A stretch of DNA of 64,000 bases, from NCBI GenBank assembly GCA_019828565.1, contig JAHDYR010000005.1:248001-312000 (forward strand). Direction: 5' to 3'. The position numbers and the translations under genes were made by a program. This stretch comes from Carpediemonas membranifera BICM. Taxonomy: Eukaryota > Protista > Fornicata. Positions 28,886 to 42,101 of this stretch are shown here, piece by piece. A model generated the notes under the pieces. That model was not told the DNA's origin, did no database searches, and saw only the letters and a program-made list of their open reading frames with translations. Every line of letters begins with the position of its first letter. The stretch's first letter is position 1.

Positions 28886-31800
28886 ATGATCCCCAGCTCA
28901 ATGATTGTCCCGTCGCTCGATGCCGACTTTAATTCTGAAGACCTACGCCGTTTCCAAACGGATCTTGCCCGTCTCAAGGCAATTACAAGAGACCGCAACG
29001 TTCGTATGGCTACCTTCATGGCTCCCGAGACGCTGGACCTCCTGGAAGACTTCTTCGGAGAGGAGAATCTCATCGACGAAGACGACGAAACCATCGCGGA
29101 CTACTTGCATCGCTTTTTGGCTCCGTCATCCACTGCCGAGCTTAAGTCAAAGCTCCAAAGCCTCATTTGCCCCACAGACGAACATTCCGAACGTGTAGCA
29201 CTCATTCGCCAGTTTATTCGGTCCTTCCGTGCGACATTCGTCGACATGGAGGACAGCGACTCGGAGTCAGAGAGTGAGGGTGGCCTCATTGAGGAACACG
29301 TCTCACAGATGGAGCGCCAAGCAATGAAGCTCTTCATCGATGCCCTGGAGCCGAAGCCGTTCCGAGAGGCGGTCAAATTTGCGGCCAAAGTCAAGCGCCC
29401 CTCGAACCTCAAGGCAATGTACTCCCTAGCCACCCGAGAAGCAAAGCGAGACGACGCGGCCCGCCAAGAAGCCGAACGTTACGGCTATTATAGGCCGCCC
29501 CAGGCAAAGACCAAGTCCAAGAAGCCCCGAGGCCAGACCTCCAAGCCTTCTCCGTCCGACAGTCGCTCTTCTCCAGCCGATCGTCGCGAGCCCCGCCACA
29601 ACAGCTCCGACAAGGCCAATGACGTCGACCCGGCCAAGAAGCCTCCCCATCGCCCTTGCTCTAGCTGCGGTGGCTGGCACTGGGACTCCCAGTGTCCGAC
29701 AGGCAAGCCCGAGGTGAACCTCCTAGAGAACGCCAAGCCCCTCATGACCTCCGGCCAAATAAATGGCCAGCAGTGTTCGTTTCGTTTGGATACAGGGGCG
29801 ACGTTCTCAGCGGTGACGGAGGGAGCAGTGGAACAATTTCACTTACCAACTTGCACCGGGCCAACGATACACTACGTGACCGCTGATCAGCGAGTGTCGA
29901 AGACAAACACCTATGCCACCGCTACAATAATATTGGAGAGGCTGACGCCGGTTGACATCGAGATACAGGTACGGCTAGTGGTACTCCCAGGCGCTCCGGT
30001 CAAGACCATCGTCGGTCTAGACATTCTTCGCGAGCTCGGAGTCGTGACGAACGATGAACTCTTCATCAGGCTCATCGATAAGGCCGAGGATGGCGACGAT
30101 GGGGATGACATTGATGTTGAGATTAATCAGGTGGAGGAGACGTTGGATGACTCACTGTCGGCCATCACTGTGCCGGATTCAGACATAGCTCCCGACATAT
30201 GGGCGCTGATCCGGGAGTTTGCCGAGCTGTTCGGGGGACTACCCCCGGAGGGTTTCTACCCTTGGCCCCATGGCCATAGATACATCCGAAGACGCGCTCA
30301 TCCAGAGCCGCCCGAGACACCTGGGACCCCCTAAGCGGGAGTTAGTGCGGCAGGAAGTCCGCCGGTTGAAGCGGGAAGGTATTATCCGAGACTGCCGTGG
30401 GCCGTGGGCAAGCCCAATAGTGGTCGCCACGAAGAAGGATGGGGCTATTCGACTCTGTGTGGACCTCACTGCGGTCAACAACGTAACCAAGCCGGACCGG
30501 TTCCCGCTGCCGGACCTACGGTCCTTCGTCCACGAGGCCGCAGGTGCTGAGTGGTTCAGCAGTATGGACCTCACTTCAGGGTACCATCAGATGAAGGTCC
30601 GGCCCGAAGACGTTTTCAAGACGGGGTTCGTCACCCCCGACGACTATTGCGAGTTTGTTCGCACGCCGTTCGGCTTGAGGAATGCTCCTGCGGTGTTCCA
30701 GCGGGAGATGCAGCGCAGCCTGGCACCAGTCTTGCACAAGGGCGCTTGCGTGTACATCGACGATATTCTGAACTATGCCCGGACGGCAGAGGAATACCTT
30801 GCTACACTCCGGACGGTCTTCGAGTGTTTGAGAGCGGCCAGACTAAGGCTGGCACCCAAGAAGTGCACGTTCGGAGCCAAGAGCGTGGAAGTGGTCGGGT
30901 TCGTCATTGACGGAACCGGCAGTCGCGTGTCGGAGTCGAGGATTGCCTCGCTCAGGGCCCTAGCTAGGCCCAACAACATGACAGATCTCCGCGGCATCAT
31001 TGGAAAATTCAACTATCTGGCAAGGTTCATACCGGACTGCCAGAGGGTCCTCGCCCCGCTCTACGAGATCAAGGATATGGGGCAGTGGACCGACGAGCAC
31101 GACGGCATAGTACGCGAGCTCGCAGAGACGGTAGCGAACGCAGCGGCGCTAGTGTTCCCCGACCTGACAAAGCCGTGGCAGCTATACACTGATGCTTCTG
31201 ACGAGGGCATCGGCGGGGTCCTGCTTCAGGGTGACCCAGGGGAAGAACAGGTAGTTGCCTTTTTCAGCAAGAAGTTCTCGGCAGTTCAAGGGCGGTGGTC
31301 GACGTATGACAAGGAACTATACGCCATTGTACACTGCGTGACACAGCCCGACCTCGCCCCGCTGTTCAAGCTACACCCAGACCTCACTGTGTGTTCCGAC
31401 CACAAGAACCTACTATTCCTTCACAAGCGGAAGGACCTCAGCGCCAAGCTCGAGAGGTGGAGGATTATCCTGGGCGAGTATCCGTTCAGGCTGCGGCATG
31501 TAGCCGGGAAGGACAACGTAGTAGCGGATGCCCTATCCCGACTGCCGATGGAGACAAACTTACTCGACCGGCAACAGATTCCTGACGACGCTCGTGCATT
31601 ACTAGAGTCTCTACATGGGGGCAGTGCGGGCCACGTTCCATTGGCAGCAATGCAGGACCGGGCGGGTGATCGATGGGAGGAGATTAGACCCTTCACTCGC
31701 CAGTGGGTCGAAGAGTGCCCCATATGCCAGAAGGCACGGGAACCGGGGCGTACGAGAGTCCCCTGGCACTCCACGCAGCACAGGCAGCCATTCGAGGTGG

Positions 31801-32876
31801 TGCAGCTTGATACTATCGGGCCCCTCCCCCAATCACCGCACGGCAACCAGTACGTTGTCGTAGTCATTGATGCGTTCTCGAAGTACGTGGACGTCTACCC
31901 GGTGAAGAGCACCGACGCCCAGGGGGCGGCCGAGGTGGTTGCCCGCGTGTGTGGTCGATGGGGAGTACCACAGACGATCCAGACTGACCAAGGCTCGCAG
32001 TTCCGAAATGAACTCGTCAACCAAGTCACGACTCGACTGACCCTCAACCATCGATTCTCCACCGCATATCATCCTGCTAGTAATGGCATAGTGGAGAGAG
32101 CCAATGGCACGTTGGTCCGAGCTCTACGCAAGCTGTTGTTGGAGGCGGAAGACGACCAGTGGGAGCACTGGCTCCCGGTCGCGCAGCTGGTGATTAACAG
32201 CGCGCCACACAGCACGCTAGGGGGCATGAGCCCACTCCAATGCCTCTTCGGCATCTCACCCGCCGTTCTTAAGTCGGCCGAGCAGTTGGCACCGATGGCG
32301 GAGGCTGTCGGGGCCCCGGCGGATCTGGCAGAGTGGGCACGGGCTCGGCAGGGCTTCAGAGCGGCAGCGGAACAAGCGGTGGGTGAGTATGAACGCCGCC
32401 AGGCTGCGAAACAGCCGGCTGAGTCTCAGTCTAAGGTACGGACTGGCGACCTCTATTTTGTGAGGTGGGCAACGAGACAGACGAAGTTGACTGCTAAGGC
32501 CCGTGGACCGATGCAGGCCGTCGGGCAAGGGGAAAGCCCGAACACCTGGCGCATGAAGGACTTAATCTCGCACAAGGTGGTACTGATCCATGAGGAACGG
32601 ATAAGCGTGGCTAAGGTCTCGATGGAGCAAGCGGTGCGCTTAGCGGCACGGGATCATCAGGAATTCGTTGTCGAAAGGATCGTAGGCCACAAGCTCGGTA
32701 GTAGGAAGAATCGTTCGGCCATCTTGATCGAATGGGCCGGTTTTGAACCAGATGAAGCCACTTGGGAACCGTTGAACGCGGCGAATGCGCAGCTAAGAGC
32801 TCTGGACGACTATTTGGACACTTTGACATCAGTAAGTAGGAAAAGGCTGGAAGGAACCATCCCGAAGCGCCATTAG
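28886..32876 (+). CDS. pol: Gy2 gag-pol (frameshift near 30250)
   Basis: Motifs CSSCGGWHWDSQC, LDTGA, YIDD, TDAS, TDQGSQF...NGIVER, and chromodomain IEWAGF...TWEP. Confidence 0.92.
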
Positions 32877-33945
32877 GGAAATGTCGACGACGAACTTCGT
32901 TGTTGCGGACTCCTCGACGATTTATCGACTCCTGGACTATCCGCCGACTTCTGGACGATTACGTCAAGGGTCAGAGATTTGCCCTGGATTTTTTTTTTCT
33001 CAGGAGTGAGGATTTATTTTTTTGGGTGGGGAGGGGGTAGTGTGATATATACATATAATATATATACATATAATTACCCTCTACATATAATCCCCTGATC
33101 TCGATACGGTCAATGGCCGTCTCGACTCGACACAATTGGTGTCGCCATATAAAGCAGTGCACCCTTCACAAGAGAACCTAAGAGACTTGATGGTGTTATC
33201 AAGGAGTACCGCGCTTGGAAGCAGTTCTTTGCTGATTTTAAGGCGGATATTAAGGGCCGTACAGAGAAACCGTCTGTTGGAGACGTATTCGACACCGCTA
33301 AGGCGATGATCGACAAGCGCCTCGAGTACCTGAGAACAGTCGACACTTTTGGAGATGCTGTGGCTGCAGTGTACCTTGTCGAGGCCGAAGGTCTGACAGG
33401 CAAGAAGGACTTCGCGCGTGCCGCGATGAAGGCCGCCAAGAACCTCAACGCCAGACCGATCACCAAGAGACCTCACGGCGGTAGCTCTAAGTTCTGCACG
33501 GTGTGCAGACGCAGAGGACACTCCGCTCACGAGTGCTGGCGCAGCCAGTCGTCCAACCAGAAGTAAAGGTTGGCTCTGTTTTTTTTTGTCTTACGCAGGT
33601 TAAGGACGAGAAGAGAAGGCGATGACGGAGCGTGAGCTTCAAGAAGCCCTATCATTGAACGCAAGTTTACCTACTGTAGGTTCTATCTCGTCCCGGTTGG
33701 AGACATGGCGGCGCACGCGCCCTCCAGCAGAGGTTTTAGAAGCTGTCAAAGGAGTCGCGATCGGCGCTCCAGAGAAGGAGGTTCATGAATACTCCCAGCA
33801 CAGTGCACAGGCACAAGCCAGATTACACGAAGAAGTCAGCAAATTGATCGAACTCGGAGCAGTAGAAGAGGTAGCATCCAAACCAAGCGGGATTTGTCCC
33901 ATTTTCACCATCATTAAGTCAGACAAGGTCTCATGGAGGCTCATA

Positions 33946-36900
33946 TGTGACGCGGTCCACTCCCTCTTCTTCCCCGCAGTTTAAGTAAATCGTTCAACGT
34001 CCCAGCACAGTGATCACTGCTGAACTAATGTTGATCCAACCGCAACCTAGACTGAATCAGTTTACTCTTCAAGAAGCCCAAAGCTTCACCAGACAATTCA
34101 GGTTCTTCAAAACCCACTACACCACGGCTCAAAACAGCCCCACAGTTCTCCAGTGCCTCACTCTTAACCAAATCGAACACCTCCGTTTCACCTCTGGTGT
34201 AGAGAACCTGGAAACTTCATCCGACGACGAACTTTTGGACCTCATCAACCGTGTTTGTCGCCCCCGTACATTAGCCGCCACCATCCGCGCTATTGAGGCT
34301 CTTCAGCAGGATACCAAAATCTCCACCCTCGAAGGAGTCTCCAAACTCATCGCCGAGTTCCGCGAATGGCGCTCCCATGCCCAGAAGCTCCTCTCTGACA
34401 CCGACGACGCTGAAGAAAGCGATTCAGAGAGTGACCCCGACATTCAGGCCCTTAATGCCACACTGCAAGGCCAGAATGAGCGTCAGGACAACCCAGAACC
34501 CGAAAGCAAGAACCCGCCGCCCACTCAGACTCCGAGCGCCCACCGTGGTCTTGATAAGATCATTACGAAGCTCTTCTTCAAGGCCCTTCGCCCTAGATCT
34601 CTGTCCACCGCCGTCGAACGCGACTGGCAGCTGCAAGGCCGCCGCCACGGGTTCGAGAAGCTACTCTCAACGACCCGATCCAGGCTCATCGACGCCATCG
34701 ACGCAAAGGAGGAGCACGGAGACATCATCGAGAATCTCTCAACGCTCTCCGTCAGCGCCCCCGTCACCAAGACGCCCGCCACTCGCCCGCCTAGAGGCCC
34801 CCAGGCCCATGCTCCTGCGGCAAGTGGCATTGGAAGTCGGACTGCCCCCAGCGTGCCCACAACACCGGCAGGGCAGGCCAAAGGAACACCCAAGCCCATG
34901 CCCCCGCCAGTTCAGGCGCCCAAGCCGCTGGCGGAAACTCATCCGGCGCCTCCACGGCGCCGCCCAAGCCGACCCCCAACAACGCCGAAAATAGACCCAC
35001 GCCCCACTCAGGCACCTCAGGGGAGCGCCGCGCCGGCCACATGCACCTGCGCGATCGCTCTCAACTTCACAACTCACGCCAAGTCAACAACGTCGATTGC
35101 AACGAGGTTCAGAACGAAAGTTGCAATTACGGCGCAGCTTTCACGGTTTCGGGCTCTATTAATGAGCAAGAGCAACAACTCACCATCGATAGCGGCTCCG
35201 CGGTCACCATTGTTTCACGTTCGATCGCAAACCGCCTGAAAATGGAAGAGCACGCCGCAGAGAAGCCATTTACCGTCCATACCGCCACACAACAAGAGGT
35301 TCTCATCACTCACTACGTCAAAGCCCGCGTAACACTCCCCAGCACATCTGGCAAGGTTATCGTCAACGACCTGGTGTTGTACCTGATGGACCGTCACACA
35401 GGTGTCCTCATCGGCTGCGACACGCTCAGGAAGCTTGGGTACCTTTCTGACCGCGGACTCTACATTCCCCTCGTCCCGGACACACGTCCCGATGATGCGA
35501 CGGACGGACTCCCCCAACACCGCTACCTCGACGCTGAGGTCAACGCCGTAACCCCTACACCCGTCGGCGATCCTTTCAGCAGTGCATGCGAGGTCTTAGA
35601 GCTATCCACGCCAGAGCATACAGCGGAGCTCCACGCCATCCTCCGACAGTATGATCACCTCTTTGACCCGGTCATCGCCAAGGAGCCTTGCTCATTCGCC
35701 CCTATGAGCATCAAGCTCTATGAGAACGCTCCTCCCATCCGCATGCGACCCCGGAACATACACCCGGACAAGCTCGAGTGGCTCCTACCCTACGTCGAGA
35801 AGCTACGCCTCGATGGCATCACTCAGCCTTCAGAAGGCCCATACGCCAGCCCAATCGTACTCGTTGCTAAGGGTGAAGCCTATCGCCTCTGCATAGACTA
35901 CACCAAGCTGAACTCTTGGACGGTACCCGACCACCACCCCATCCCGAACATGCGTGACCTACTACACCTCGCCTCCGGCTGCGGCCGCTTCGCCTGCTTA
36001 GACCTCACGTCAGGCTACTGGCAGGTCGCCATGTCACACCAAGACACACCCAAGACAGCCTTCACAGCGCCTGGCGTTTATGAAGAGTTCAAACGCATGC
36101 CCTTTGGCCTCTGCAATGCCCCAAGCCATTTCCAACGCGAGATAGAGACGCTCTTAGCACCCCACCTCTACAAGGGCATCAACCCTTACATTGACGACAT
36201 CTTCCTCTACGCGAAGGACGACGATGACTTCCTCCGTCTCCTCAGGGCCCTCTTCGAGAAGGCAGACCTCGCAAACCTCCGCTTTAGCGCCCCGAAATGC
36301 GTGTTCGGGACTAAGCGAGCCGTCATGGTTGGCTTCATAGTCGACCAGGAGGGCATACATGTGGACCCCAAGCGCACACAGGCCTTGCGAGACCTCCCCT
36401 CCCCCACCAACGTGCATGAGCTGCGAACTGTCCTGGGACAGTTTCAGTTCCTCGCCTCGTTTACAACACATCACCGTCATGAGCTTATGAAGCCTCTCAC
36501 CGACCTCCTCCAGAAGGACTGTCCATGGGACTGGACGGAGGAGCGAGAGAAGGCCTTCATCGAGCTCAAGGCACTCTTCACAGACGACCTATACATCGCC
36601 CACCCAGACCCAGCCGCCGACTGGATCCTGGAGACCGACGCCTCGAACGTTGGAGCGGGCGGTGTGCTGTGGCAAGTGAAAGATGACTCAACTCAGGTCT
36701 TAGCGTACTACTCACACACCTTTAACGCAACCCAGTCACGCTGGGCGACCTGCGAACAAGAGCTCTTCGCGATTGTGTTCTGCCTGACGCACCCCAGCTT
36801 GACCCAGCTCCTCAGACTCAAGCACTTCAAGCTCCGCACTGACCACAGCAACCTCATCTATATGCTGTATAAGTCATCCATGAACGATAAGATTAATCGT

Positions 36901-38494
36901 TGGAGACTCACCCTAGCAGACTTCCGGTTCGACATCGAGCATGTCCCAGGCCAACATAACACCGTTGCGGATGCCCTCAGCCGTTGTGGCCACGTCCCTG
37001 TCCCCGTTGCCGCGCTCAAAATCACAACAGACCCCCGGTACACGGAACAGCTCGCCAAACACCAGAGCACGGACCCGACAACCAGCAACATCACGCCGGA
37101 CGCTGACGGCCTCCGCCGCAAGGACGGCTTAGTAGTCATACCGAAAGAGAAGTGCTTACCACTCCGCCGGGAGCTCATGACAATCGCCCATCGCGGCCAC
37201 CATGGCGTCGCTGCCACCTTGTCCCGACTCAAGCGAGAGGGATACACTTGGTCAGGCTGTGAGGCTGACATCGAAGCGTTCATAGCCGAGTGTGACGAGT
37301 GTCAGAAGGCCCGCCTACGGAACTTTGCGGAAGCGACGATGCAGACGACGGCAGTTTACAAACCTTTCCACACTGTCGCCGTAGACACAATTGGCCCGAT
37401 CCCCTCTGACGCATACGGCGCACGCTACATAACCGTCATGGTTGACATGTTCTCGCGTTACACCGAGCTCGCAGCCACTCAGGAGAACACGGCTGACGCC
37501 GCCGCCAACGCTATCTGGACCCAGGTCATCACCCGTCATGGTACCCCACTCTTCGTCAAGTCAGACAATGGCCCAGAGTACACCGGCAAGATCGTCCAGA
37601 CACTCCTCGAGAACGCCGAGATTACCCAACAGTTCACACTTCCATACCATCCGCAGTCAAACGGCCTAGTAGAGCGCCGCAACGCGGAAGTGATGAAGCT
37701 GGTGCGATGCCTGGCGCTGCAGTTTGACAAGTTCGACAATTGGAGCACCCTCTTGCCTGTCGTTCAACTCCTCCTCAACACCACCATCTGCTCAGCGACC
37801 GGTATCACCCCGCACGCAATGCTGTACGGCGACCACATGGACCCAAGCGCCACCGTCGCAAAGATCATCAACGCCACAGCCTCCACACCAGACACACCTA
37901 TTTCAACGGCTGCCATCTACGTCAAACAACTTCGAGGCCATCTCGATAAGCTTGCCTCTAGGGCGGCCGAGAGACAGAAGTCAACCGTCGAAAAGCGCCT
38001 GAGTAAGCGCAACGCCGACCGCGAAGACACCCCCTTCCATGCGGGTGACCTGGCCCTTCTCAACAGAACCAAGACACCTAAGCTGCACGGCTTCAAGGGC
38101 CCCTTTAAGATCCTCGCAATCCTAGACAACCACGCAGTCCGCCTCGTAGACCTGTTCGAGGGTGAGCCATTCGTGGCCCACCGGGACCAGCTCATCCGTT
38201 TCAAGACACGCAGCGGCCTTCAGCGCCTCAAGGCCCTGGCCGCCTCGGACGACCAGTCGTACGAAGTCGAAGATATCAAGAAGCACCGCCGTAAGAACGG
38301 CACGCTCGAACTACTGACCCAGTGGGTCGGGTATGACGAGCCCACGTGGGAGCCGGCCTCCAACCTGCGACACGTTGCCGTTGCCCGCGACTATCTCAAG
38401 AAGCATAAGCTCAAGCTTAGGGAGGCAGGATGTGACGCGGTCCACTCCCTCTTCTTCCCCGCAGTTTAAGTAAATCGTTCAACGTCCCAGCACA
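33946..38494 (+). mobile_element. Gy3: chromodomain Gypsy element with 64-bp LTRs
   Basis: Identical LTRs at 33946-34009 and 38431-38494; TSD CATA. Confidence 0.95.
34028..38469 (+). CDS. pol: Gy3 gag (to ~35050) and pol (35041-38469), offset by one frameshift
   Basis: Motifs IDSGS, YIDD, TDAS, SDNGPEY...NGLVER, and chromodomain TQWVGY...TWEP. Confidence 0.92.
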
Positions 38495-38917
38495 CATACA
38501 CGACTTAAGGAGCATCAATTCCTACCTAGAGGCAAGGAAGTTCAGAATGGAGGGCCTCGGAGAGGTCGCGAAGACAATACTACCTGGCGACTCGATGATA
38601 GCGATGGATTTTCGCAAAGGGTACTACCAACTCCTACTAGAGGAGGAGGCCAAGAACTGGGCCGGCTTCGAGCTTGACGGGAGATTCTTCCAGTTCAAGG
38701 TCCTACCATTTGGGCTTTCCACAGCCCCACGGACTTTCCAACAGGTCTCGAAGCATGCCGCTAGATTTATTGCGGAGTCCCTGCAGCTAAGGATAGTCGT
38801 CTATCTAGACGACTGGCTGATAGCGCACAATTCGCAGAGATACCTTGAGAGCATTCTTCCGCAGTTTTTGTCGATGCTCACAAACTTCGGCATCGCTGTG
38901 AACCAGGACAAGTCAAT

Positions 38918-41104
38918 ATGGACGCCATCAAAGCAAGTGAAGTACCTCGGAATGATGTTGAACTCACAATCCATGACCTTCGTGCTCCCCGACGACAAAC
39001 GGGACAAGTATCTGCAAGAAGTGCAACAACTCATGAGAGCCAAGCGCTTTATCAAGAAGGACCTTCAGAAGCTTATCGGGAAGCTGAATTTCACCAGATT
39101 CGCCATCGGAGATGCCGCGCTCGTCATGCTGCGGGAGCTGATGATTTTGAGTTCAGCCCTATCGAGGAGGAAGGACTTCAGGTTCGGACGAGAGACCCTC
39201 AACAGCGCCACCAGAGCGGATCTAGCGTGGTGGGAGACAACACTCAAGACGAGATGCGAGAGCCCCATGACAATACCGAACTTCGACGCGAGAGTGGAGT
39301 CAGACGCATCAGACTCAGCCGGAGGGGCCGTAATCTTCACGGCGACAGGCACACACCAGATAGAAGCATCCCTTCCGCGCCACCTACACATCACCGCCAA
39401 GGAGACACTCATGGGAGTGCGCGGGGTCAAGGCAGCACTGCAGGCGGGAGCACGGAGCATATGGCTCGTGACAGACTCATCAGCAGCGAAGGCCTGGGTG
39501 CAGGTCAGCTCAACAAGAGCCCCGAAGGAGGTCAGACAGGAGGTGAGAGCCCTCTGGCTTCGTCTTACACGAGCACGAGCGACGCTGAGGACATTCTACT
39601 CGAAGGGCAGCACGAACTGGAATGCAGACTATCTGTCACGCCGGAGCACTGGATCGTTTGCTCCCTGGATGGCACCAGACTCAGTCCTGTTGGAGACAGC
39701 AGCCCGGTGGGGCACGGTGGAGGCGGTCCTGACGGACTCCCCCTGGACGGAGACGATAGCGAGAGACTGGACAGCTGGGCGCTTCCTGTTGATGCCCCAG
39801 ATGAAGCAGATAGACCAGGCAGTGCAGCGGCTTGCCACGATAGCTCGATCCTCAACAGTACCACCAGCTCTGCAGACGGAGGGGGTCTGGATCATAGTCC
39901 CGCAGGTCAAAGCCAACTACTATGTGACGTTGACGGCTATGTCGCAGCGGCGAAGATCCTACAAGATCAGCAGGACTCAGTGCTTGGGGAGTCCCATGGA
40001 GAAGATCCTTGGTCCGAGAGAGTCGATGAGCGTCACGTGTTTTTGGATCGCGACTTCAGGGCCGCGGGCCTGGTCAGACGAACCGGACAACCGCGAGTGC
40101 AGAGACGACCCAACCGGAACCTAGTCATCCCAGCAGAGTTCCGAACTCGCATAGAACCGTCCCTGGAGCTGATAGGGAAGGCACAGACGACCAAGGAGGA
40201 CATCATACGCGAGACCTTTGCTTTCAGAAAGTGGGCAACGGAGCCACGAGAGGAGGTCACCCTCCCGGCGGGACTGGAGAAGATTAGACAGGCCATCCGA
40301 GCTGTAGGTGACCCCCTTTGGGACTACATGACCCATGAAGCGCTCGAGATGAGCGGCGGAAGACTGACCACCAAGTTCTCCCGCATCACCATAGGCCTGA
40401 GAGCCCTCGGCTCCCCTAGACGAGAGAACCCTTATGACAGCAAGGTCATCAAGGCGATCGCCAAGGAGGCATCAGCGTCGCTCGAGTCGCAGCTAAGAAG
40501 GACTGGCCGTGCCCTCCCCATCTCGTGGGCGCAGATATGCCATGCCATAGATCGATATGACGGAGAGCAGACGCCACAGTTGACACAGGCCATTGCCCTA
40601 GCGACCCTGACATTCTCGACGGTTTCCCGAATGGGTGAGATCTTGGCTCTGAGACGGAGCGACATCACATGGGAGGGTGGTCACCTAATCATTCGACTGG
40701 AGAGAACAAAGACGCGGCAGAACGTCCTCAAGATGGTACCACAGAGTCGACGGGAGGAGCACTGTCCAACAGCCTGGTTGCTGCGGCACCTGAGTAACGT
40801 GAGAGACGGACCCCTGTGGAGAGGCGCTCCGCTGGCTGGAGTCACGATGGAACTAGCAGGCGGAAGACTCTTGGAGAGAGCGATACTAAGATGGGAGGTC
40901 CAGGAGGACCTTACGGAGTTGCTTCATGTGCCAGTGACACTCCACTCCTTCAGACGAGGAGCAGTGGTTGCCATGATGAAGAAGGGGATACCAGTAACGG
41001 TTATACAGGCGCTTGGCACCTGGGCTTCCCAGGAGAGCGTACTTGCATATTGTGAAGAAGCCCTCAGACTGTCACCGGCTGTAGTGGACCTGACGATCGA
41101 TTAG
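38918..41104 (+). CDS. YR-F tyrosine recombinase (overlaps pol)
   Basis: Motifs VSRMGE, TKT, HSFRRG, GTW and AY. Confidence 0.9.
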   Translation: MDAIKASEVPRNDVELTIHDLRAPRRQTGQVSARSATTHESQALYQEGPSEAYREAEFHQIRHRRCRARHAAGADDFEFSPIEEEGLQVRTRDPQQRHQSGSSVVGDNTQDEMREPHDNTELRRESGVRRIRLSRRGRNLHGDRHTPDRSIPSAPPTHHRQGDTHGSARGQGSTAGGSTEHMARDRLISSEGLGAGQLNKSPEGGQTGGESPLASSYTSTSDAEDILLEGQHELECRLSVTPEHWIVCSLDGTRLSPVGDSSPVGHGGGGPDGLPLDGDDSERLDSWALPVDAPDEADRPGSAAACHDSSILNSTTSSADGGGLDHSPAGQSQLLCDVDGYVAAAKILQDQQDSVLGESHGEDPWSERVDERHVFLDRDFRAAGLVRRTGQPRVQRRPNRNLVIPAEFRTRIEPSLELIGKAQTTKEDIIRETFAFRKWATEPREEVTLPAGLEKIRQAIRAVGDPLWDYMTHEALEMSGGRLTTKFSRITIGLRALGSPRRENPYDSKVIKAIAKEASASLESQLRRTGRALPISWAQICHAIDRYDGEQTPQLTQAIALATLTFSTVSRMGEILALRRSDITWEGGHLIIRLERTKTRQNVLKMVPQSRREEHCPTAWLLRHLSNVRDGPLWRGAPLAGVTMELAGGRLLERAILRWEVQEDLTELLHVPVTLHSFRRGAVVAMMKKGIPVTVIQALGTWASQESVLAYCEEALRLSPAVVDLTID

Positions 41105-41240
41105 GGAACAGTCGTTGGCGTGGCGATGGGATGAAACATCTTCTGGGGGTTGTTAAAGGTAGAACAGTTGTAGTCGTGTGCAACACGCCGTACGGCTCCG
41201 GACACGGGCGTCCGCGGCCCGGCGCTCCCATCATGCGATC

Positions 41241-41317
41241 TGTCGTAGACTCCTTATCATTTAATCAGTTGATGATTACGACACCATTGTTTAAAATGTT
41301 TCCCACCGACAACGTCA
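41241..41317 (+). repeat. Solo LTR of Gy4 inside repeat A1
   Basis: Identical to the Gy4 3' LTR and flanked by GATC on both sides. Confidence 0.92.
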
Positions 41318-41456
41318 GATCCCGCCCCCCGGTTGTGCGGGTCCTACGACCCCACCGGGGCGCCCCGGCGGTCGGACGACGCCCGGCCAGGTGGACCAAT
41401 TCGGAGGGGGAAATTTGAGCGGATCAATTTCCCCGCCCAATCCCCAGGTTTGGCCG

Positions 41457-41984
41457 ATGTCCGTGGAAGAACGCCTTCAGGCGCTTGAAAACCAAGTAGA
41501 TGAGACGAAGGAAGAGAATGCTGCTCTACGTGCTCAGATCGAGCTCCTCGAAGAACAACAGAACGACCTTGAGGACAAGCCGCACTCCGAGCTTATCAAG
41601 AAGGAGTTCGAAGCCTGGGAACGCTTCCAAACGGAGTTTAAGCGCGATGCTAACGGTCTTCCGGACGATGCAACGCTTGGTGACGTGATTGCCCTCGTCA
41701 AGAACTTGGTGGACTTCAGACTGCAATACCTGCTGACACTCGATCGTTTCGGCGAACTCACCGCTAAGACGTTCCGTGTGCAGGCCCAGGGAGTCACTGG
41801 CAAGAAGGCCCTCATGGAGAAGTCATTCAAATCCAAGATGGTGGGCATCAACAAGGTCACGCAGGAGCCCAAGAGAGTCAACAAGAGCTTCAAGCAACCT
41901 GCCAAGATGAGATGCAGCTTCTGCAACCGCCCTGGTCACGCCGCCACTGAGTGCTGGCTCAAGAACCCGCAGCTGAAGAAGTAA
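41457..41984 (+). CDS. gag: YR-G gag (coiled coil plus CCHC)
   Basis: Ends with CSFCNRPGHAATEC; homologous to the YR-F and YR-I gags. Confidence 0.82.
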   Translation: MSVEERLQALENQVDETKEENAALRAQIELLEEQQNDLEDKPHSELIKKEFEAWERFQTEFKRDANGLPDDATLGDVIALVKNLVDFRLQYLLTLDRFGELTAKTFRVQAQGVTGKKALMEKSFKSKMVGINKVTQEPKRVNKSFKQPAKMRCSFCNRPGHAATECWLKNPQLKK

Positions 41985-42101
41985 GCCTTTCAGTAAACGG
42001 CTCAAGAGATCAACCCTGTGGTTTTCGGCGTGTATGGGAGACGAGTATTCACCAGGTACGTGTTCACAAGGCTTACACAGGAGGGGCAGGATAAGGAAAC
42101 G

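Larger units (their letters stand above)
27077..33170 (+). mobile_element. Gy2: chromodomain Gypsy element; 5' LTR split by a DNA transposon
   Basis: 5' LTR at 27077-27083 plus 28736-28868; 3' LTR at 33041-33170; TSD AGAG; PPT GGGGAGGGGGTAG. Confidence 0.92.
26965..33566 (+). pseudogene. gag: YR-F gag (26965-27076 plus 33175-33566) with C-terminal CCHC
   Basis: Reading frame is continuous across the AGAG TSD; ends with CTVCRRRGHSAHEC. Confidence 0.8.
33622..40124 (+). pseudogene. pol: YR-F pol (33622-33945 plus 38499-40124), split by Gy3
   Basis: Motifs MDFRKGYYQ, LPFG, YLDD, SDAS and ADYLSR. Confidence 0.88.
26750..41186 (+). mobile_element. YR-F, interrupted by Gy2 (in gag) and Gy3 (in RT)
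   Basis: Removing the insertions restores gag (EDLRE|PKRLDGVIKEY) and RT (WRLI|HDLRSIN). Confidence 0.88.
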
